Below, one piece after another: positions 46,601 through 50,892 of a stretch of DNA of 50,892 nt. Made by a program: the position numbers and the translations under genes. The number at the start of each line of letters is the position of its first letter. The first letter of the stretch is position 1. The notes beneath the pieces were generated by a model. That model saw nothing but the letters and a program-made list of their open reading frames with translations. It made no database searches and was not told where the DNA came from. Source of the DNA: an uncultured bacterium (lineage in GTDB: Bacteria > UBP14 > UBA6098 > B30-G16). The stretch covers positions 1 through 50,892 of the forward strand of contig CBEVQY010000020.1 in assembly GCA_965552135.1 (NCBI GenBank). Reading direction: 5' to 3'.

Positions 46601-47831
46601 CGCCAGCACACCTCCCGCTCACCGAAATGAGGATCGTGTCCCTGGGGTAGACGGGAACGAACAGGGAATCGCTGTGCTCGCACCGCCAGCAGTCGTGGAA
46701 GTTGACGAAAACCCACGCCGACGTGTCGGCAACGAACCCCACACACCGACCGCAATATACGCCCCCGTCGGGGGTGATCCAGCACACCTCGCTTGTGTCC
46801 AGGTCGGGGCATAGCGCTCCCGCAAGGCAAACCCTCACGCTGTCGCCGGCGCAGAACGTATCGGCTGACGCCCCGCTCACCAAAAGCTCGTAGTCCAAGC
46901 AGGGGACGAAGACCCCAAAGCTGTCGATTATGGCGCCGGCGCACGAAGGTCCAGTCACCTCGTAGTAGACCCACGTCGTTCCGCACGGAAGCCCGCAGAC
47001 GACCACCGTATCGGGCGAGGCGGTATCGCCGGGGAAGACGCCCGTGCTGCCACCGGACCAAAACCAGCGGTGGTTGTAGGGGTAACATCTCGTCTGCACA
47101 AGCAGCGTTCCGCAGCTGTCGGGGCAAAGGACGAAGAACTCGTCGTCGACAACGTCCGTCGGCAGGAGAACGAAGGTCGTGCAGATGGGCACAGGACAGG
47201 GATCAAACGCGGAATCGATAAACGACGGGGAAAGCGGGAAGGTGTCCGGTCCCCAGTAGGCTTGGTGGTCGGGGACTATACAGACCGTCGTTTCGATGAC
47301 CTCGCAGTGCGGGAAGTCGTTTTGGACAACGGTCGTTCCCACCGCAAAGCTCCAGAAGAGCGCACCCCTCACCTGAAGCCATTTGGCGAAGAGCGTGCCC
47401 GCCGAGGCGGGACAAACGGTGTCGCCGCCTGCCCCCACCCAGCCGCTGTCGGGAGGATAATGGAAAACCCAGATCGACGTATCAGCTGCCAAAGCGCCGT
47501 TCGTATCGGCTCGGATGTACACCGAATCCCAGCCGAAAACCCATTCGCCCGCGCCGGTATCCCAATACGCTTGGTTACAGATCTGCGGCATAGCCGGAGG
47601 GGAGGGAGAAGTCAGGTCGTACCAGGTGCCCGAACCGCCGGTGGCGAGCATCTCAAGAGTGCTGTACACATACACGCTATCGTACACGAACCCCGGGTTG
47701 AGCGTGTCGTGGCAGATGTCGAGCTCAAAGCACCGGTTGGGACAGAGATAAACGGGCAGCCAGTTGACGCAGAGGGGCTCCTGAGCCAAAAGGAGAAACG
47801 GCAGCAAAAATATAGCCAAAGCCCTCAGCAT
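43644..47831 (-). CDS. Very Cys-rich secreted multi-Ig/PKD protein with FlgD/T9SS-like C-terminal domain
   Basis: Signal peptide ending LLA-Q; PKD-like DYGDG..SHVY; C-terminus YPNPFNSST..VYDVSGELVRRL..WNGKADDGRDCPSGQYF. Confidence 0.8.
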   Translation of the reverse strand: MLRALAIFLLPFLLLAQEPLCVNWLPVYLCPNRCFELDICHDTLNPGFVYDSVYVYSTLEMLATGGSGTWYDLTSPSPPAMPQICNQAYWDTGAGEWVFGWDSVYIRADTNGALAADTSIWVFHYPPDSGWVGAGGDTVCPASAGTLFAKWLQVRGALFWSFAVGTTVVQNDFPHCEVIETTVCIVPDHQAYWGPDTFPLSPSFIDSAFDPCPVPICTTFVLLPTDVVDDEFFVLCPDSCGTLLVQTRCYPYNHRWFWSGGSTGVFPGDTASPDTVVVCGLPCGTTWVYYEVTGPSCAGAIIDSFGVFVPCLDYELLVSGASADTFCAGDSVRVCLAGALCPDLDTSEVCWITPDGGVYCGRCVGFVADTSAWVFVNFHDCWRCEHSDSLFVPVYPRDTILISVSGRCAGDSVRFVVTNGGPFGIDSFSVDYGDGTWEFISAPLAPSASDTVSHVYPGTGIYKVFLSFFVGDGCVQTDSVWVRQSEVSAELSATPSPACRGGTVLLDASGSTVEPAGALSYTFIRPDGAVLCAGPNPFCVDSSAMEGVYRVVVTDSFCVDTASYYLEVKWAELSGHSRCVVSGCAAEVCVSGVSHGCEGELVYAYVDPATGDTVVLDGNCFTTRPIGDTVSYVVFAWCSDCPDSAARDSALVRLVPVDITATLGDTVLCYGDFIPNMLESVLVVPADTAESCDVVVKVEVDYGDCPECGEVLYDWGSADALPSVFPRPLLRDGVLIYRFAVAGDTSCAYEAVSRLTMRHPVAVLKAQPDTVVCEDSLICLNACESYSNCAGVDLCYTFFQVVDGVMIPLPGSDSACCCPDTALMDSCCYYCLPSPLAPGTYTYAVEVCVEGLPWCCDTATVTVRVCSPILPVLSFEGACSADTVLEGSTITGNVQNASELERVEWYVGGCPGAGGTLVGSGFTQSFDVPTCASLSTPCTTFTVCAVGYTCRDVCSACECRTFNIDCLPTVATSPCNAAATEDQMLVLDLISHCGIDDPCGDPFVCVLESGPLGVSVDSSCTLRWTHTNCDVGTSDVFISIENRPCGAATTMQLAVAVDNALSATVIDTSFGTSCIDTYSFARINDPPNPAPGTADASLTITGQTDCFDISIALHNPDEGDCSCGTCEGGGYTLVPPGASGDSSLYWVRVDSCTGVITMDHSHIPAGTYTGTIRYSDCHGTDDIALSINVPNHTPYVLCGGIVMVPAGSETTLVRLGEDVVDVDGDSMFFVDFSIENYEHYSVFGLSGDGGALVVGPAADYSNTDAGPDALRANVSDVWGNTVEVVVLVQVYEPGEVEVVGGKPRAAGICGAYPNPFNSSTWIEVESTVQTRASVEVYDVSGELVRRLFRGVLPVGVLRFRWNGKADDGRDCPSGQYFVVMKTERKSYSMPIYLVR

Positions 47832-47843
47832 AACCTTCCCCCT

Positions 47844-49187
47844 TCAGTTTCCTATAACAGCCGCTCCCATTGGAGCTTTAAGAATCAGGTGTTTTCCGTC
47901 GTCGCCCGCCGAAAACACATTCCCCTCGCTTGCGGGATAGTTCGACGGAAGGATGAAGATGATATCCCCCGATGAGGCGGCGTCGACGGCTTCGCCGACG
48001 CCATCGTACGGGCGGAAGATATCCCCCGTCTCGCTGGGAACGTGCGGGTGCTCCCTGTCGACGTAGATCACGTTCGTCCCCAGGTAGTTCGCCGTCGTGT
48101 CGTGCAGAGGGGAGAAAGAAAAACTCGTTCCGCGGTTGTAACCAACCGTTCCGCAACCGCCGTTCGTGTGGATCCCCGCAGAGATATCGTAGGTTTCCCA
48201 TATTACCGGGCTCCCGGAGTTGCCGGGCTCCGTATCGACGACATACTTTACCTTAAGCGCACCGTCAATTACTACAGTTCCATCGCACGGACCCGTACTC
48301 GTCTGCTGGACGTTGTCCCTCTCGGGGGGCGTATCGTCGTTGCCATAGCCTGTGATACGCACAACTGCGCCGCTTGCGGGAACGTCGTCGGTGAGGCGGA
48401 AGAAGCTCCCCTGCGCCTCGTGAGGCAAAAGACCCGTGGTGCTGTTGGGGGAGCACTTAAACACAGCCCAGTCTCTGTCGCCGTCGTTCTCCCAGATCAC
48501 TGTAGAGGTGTCCACGGGGTACTGGTCCTCCGGCGGCGGGTGATTCCAGGAGCCGTCGGCGTTCGAAAGAGGGACGTTGAACTCGACTATACCGACGGCA
48601 AAACAGGCGTCTATTGTATCGTTTCCGTCGTCATCAACGCAGTGCCCAGCGGTGAAGAGTGCGCCGTTTGAGCCAATCCAAGCCGTGCAGCCACAGGGCA
48701 CCAAGCGCCCCACGCGCGGATCATCGGAGAGAACCCTGTCGTCATCCCCGCAGAGGGAAACGACCTCCTTCGCGCCGGACTGCCCGCCCGAAGCGCCAGC
48801 GGAATCGCGGAAAACGGTGGTCAGCGTGTAGAAGACCCCCGTGTCGCCGGGGGCAACGTGCAGCTCCACAAGAACCCTGTCGCCGTTAAAGTACGCCGAA
48901 AGGTTGTTCCACTGAGGCAGAGTTTTCGCATCGAGCCTCTGCTCGCCGCCGTCGAGAAGGGAGCGGAGAACAAGATAGCTCCCCTCCCCCAGGTTATACT
49001 CCCCGAAGCTGAGCCTCATCCACCTTGCGCCGCGGAGGTATACGGTATCGCTGTAGACGACCTCGCCCTGCGGCGCACCGTCGTACTTGCCGACGAACCT
49101 GCCGCAGGAGACGGCAGCAACAGGCAGGCGCGAAGGCTGCGCGAAAGCAGAAACGACAACGAAGAACGCAAGAAATCTCGCAACCAT
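47844..49187 (-). CDS. Secreted trypsin-like (S1) serine protease
   Basis: Catalytic triad motifs TAGHC, RDWAV, GNSGSP; signal peptide ending AFA-Q. Confidence 0.88.
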   Translation of the reverse strand: MVARFLAFFVVVSAFAQPSRLPVAAVSCGRFVGKYDGAPQGEVVYSDTVYLRGARWMRLSFGEYNLGEGSYLVLRSLLDGGEQRLDAKTLPQWNNLSAYFNGDRVLVELHVAPGDTGVFYTLTTVFRDSAGASGGQSGAKEVVSLCGDDDRVLSDDPRVGRLVPCGCTAWIGSNGALFTAGHCVDDDGNDTIDACFAVGIVEFNVPLSNADGSWNHPPPEDQYPVDTSTVIWENDGDRDWAVFKCSPNSTTGLLPHEAQGSFFRLTDDVPASGAVVRITGYGNDDTPPERDNVQQTSTGPCDGTVVIDGALKVKYVVDTEPGNSGSPVIWETYDISAGIHTNGGCGTVGYNRGTSFSFSPLHDTTANYLGTNVIYVDREHPHVPSETGDIFRPYDGVGEAVDAASSGDIIFILPSNYPASEGNVFSAGDDGKHLILKAPMGAAVIGN

Positions 49188-49209
49188 CGCCTTCCCCTAT
49201 CTGATGGGT

Positions 49210-50892
49210 TTAATCTGCTCCCCCCACTCCTACACAGTCCCAGTTTGTACCGTCGTAAACGCAGAGGGAATCGACCACACCGCCGTCAATCTTCAAGAAG
49301 AACAGCTCTCCCACGTTAGTTCCCGCAGGCAGCGCGCCACCGCTTGGGATGACCAGTTGCCCCGAAACCTGCAGAAGCGCGCTGAAGGTAAAGTTATCGC
49401 CGTTGTCAAGCTCGGTGTTCCCTATGGCGTTGGCAGATATATCGGCGCTCGTTATCGTTCCATCCTGTATGTCTGCTGTGGTTACTGATCCGTCTGCGAT
49501 CTCGGCGCTGCCAACGGCATCGTTAGCTATCGCGGTGTTGACCGTTATCGTTCCGGAGCCCGATGCGCTTCCTGTGACATCTCCCGTGAGTGTAACGGTG
49601 TGGGTGTGGTCGCTTCGGGCGGCGCTGGATGCCGTGCCCGAAGAACCCGTAAAGTCGACCACAAGCTGACCGCCGGAAAACGCAAGTCCCGCGCCGGCGT
49701 TGACTACCAAAGCACCACCGGAGACCGTAAGCCCATTACCGTAAGAAAGCCCCAGGGGATTGCCGAGCGTGCCGTCGCCGGTTATGGGCGAGGAGACCTG
49801 CGCCACCTGACTGCCCCAGTCGTCGCCGGGGACATTCTGCGCCTCCCACCGATTCAGCGCACCGTTCCAGGTCAGAACCTGTCCGTCTGCGGGCGCCGAG
49901 GCACTCACGTCGCCAAGGTTGTCCAGAACGTTGTCGGAGAGATCGTCCGCCTCGTTATTGATCGTGACGCTCCAGGGCACTCCAGCCTCGATTATCGTCA
50001 GCTGGTTCGTCGCATCCGACCAGGCAAAGCTTGTTATCGTCTCGTTAGATGTGCTTGCGTCGGCGTCGTCCACGCTGTCTGCTGCGGGCGACCAGGCGCT
50101 GCCGTTCCACTTGAGGACATCCCCAGTGCTCGGAGCTGGGGTGTAATCGACGTCGTCGAAGTCGCCCAGCGACGAACCAAGCTTGTCGATCTTCGACCAG
50201 CTTATCGCCGCCGCGCCCGATATATCGGCATCGGTTATCGTGCCGTCCTGGATGTGGGCTGACGTCACCGAGCCGTTCTCAAGATCCGACGCACCAACCT
50301 GACCCGTCGAAGTCGCAACGACGACAAGCTGTGTGGCGATGTCCTCCGAGTAAACGAGCTGATTCGACGCATTCACCCAAAGCTTTTGCACAACCGCAGG
50401 CGCCGGATCAGACGCCTGAGGCGTAAGCTGAAGATAGGTCGGGTCTATCCCACCGGAGACGGTGAGCTTCCCCAAAACGTTGACGTTGCCGTCGACCAAA
50501 AGGGAATCGCCTATACGCCCTGCACCCGATATCCAAAAGTCCGCCGCCTGCGCTGCGCCGTTCTGGTTCTGGATGTAGTCGCCGTCGCCGGCGACAAGAT
50601 CAAGCGCCACCGACGCAGTGTCGGACCACAGAGCGCTGTCGGCGCGAACCACGTAACCAGCAGTATCCGCCCACAGGGCGCTGTCGCTCCGTATGGCGTA
50701 GACCGCGCTGTCGGAGCGCGAGGAGACGCGGCAGCTATCCGCAAAGGCAGAGACCCTGCTCGAATCGGCATAGCAGGCAAAGCCTGTCGTGTCAGCCCAC
50801 AGGGCGCTGTCGGCGCGAACGGAAACGCGGGCAGAATCGGCATAGCCAGACACACGGGCAGAATCGGCATACCACGAAAAAGCAGCTGTGTC
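49210..50892 (-). CDS. Repetitive fibre/adhesin-like protein (partial, start lies beyond the window)
   Basis: Frame open from the window end; ADSA/ADTA repeats, YIQNQ, IxDGxITxADI repeats, two LxDV..P..GxVLxWNG..W units, ARSDHTH. Confidence 0.8.
   Translation of the reverse strand, partial: DTAAFSWYADSARVSGYADSARVSVRADSALWADTTGFACYADSSRVSAFADSCRVSSRSDSAVYAIRSDSALWADTAGYVVRADSALWSDTASVALDLVAGDGDYIQNQNGAAQAADFWISGAGRIGDSLLVDGNVNVLGKLTVSGGIDPTYLQLTPQASDPAPAVVQKLWVNASNQLVYSEDIATQLVVVATSTGQVGASDLENGSVTSAHIQDGTITDADISGAAAISWSKIDKLGSSLGDFDDVDYTPAPSTGDVLKWNGSAWSPAADSVDDADASTSNETITSFAWSDATNQLTIIEAGVPWSVTINNEADDLSDNVLDNLGDVSASAPADGQVLTWNGALNRWEAQNVPGDDWGSQVAQVSSPITGDGTLGNPLGLSYGNGLTVSGGALVVNAGAGLAFSGGQLVVDFTGSSGTASSAARSDHTHTVTLTGDVTGSASGSGTITVNTAIANDAVGSAEIADGSVTTADIQDGTITSADISANAIGNTELDNGDNFTFSALLQVSGQLVIPSGGALPAGTNVGELFFLKIDGGVVDSLCVYDGTNWDCVGVGGAD
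50610..50892 (-). repeat. Coding tandem repeat, 27-bp/9-aa period with shorter variants
   Basis: CGGGCAGAATCGGCATA at 50828 and 50855; CCACAGRGCGCTGTCG occurs three times; encodes YADSARVSx and RADSALW units. Confidence 0.8.

Noticed and set aside
50610..50892. Direct repeats as a CRISPR array
   Set aside because: Period is a multiple of three, copies are degenerate at synonymous sites, they lie in an open frame, and there are no unique spacers or cas genes

Overview
High-GC bacterial chromosomal window with almost every gene on the minus strand; only a TonB-dependent receptor and a cold-shock gene are on plus. Gene content points to a diderm FCB-superphylum-like, probably uncultured lineage (inference). 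The window holds: (1) large secreted proteins, six of them with T9SS/FlgD-like C-terminal domains, many with Gln after the signal peptide and very frequent D-S/T sequons, plus a PorE-like OmpA gene broken by one in-frame TAA; (2) a coupled five-gene unit encoding a pilin-like protein lacking a prepilin signal, a 2-hydroxyacyl-CoA dehydratase-like Fe-S protein, its ATP-dependent activase, a frameshifted DUF3343-like gene missed by the ORF track, and an MBL-fold hydrolase; (3) an M16 peptidase and DinG, preceded by a ~175-nt structured RNA candidate; (4) an S10 ribosomal operon with a membrane-protein gene inserted between rplV and rpsC, two insertions in L2, a leader hairpin, and no rpsQ after rpmC; (5) a DUF5752-TreT-sugar ABC cluster; (6) cysE, peptidases, argF, rsmD, and a TonB-dependent receptor with a DtxR/MntR-like operator. 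I saw no tRNA, rRNA, CRISPR array or transposase. All family calls come from motif recognition by eye, not from database searches.
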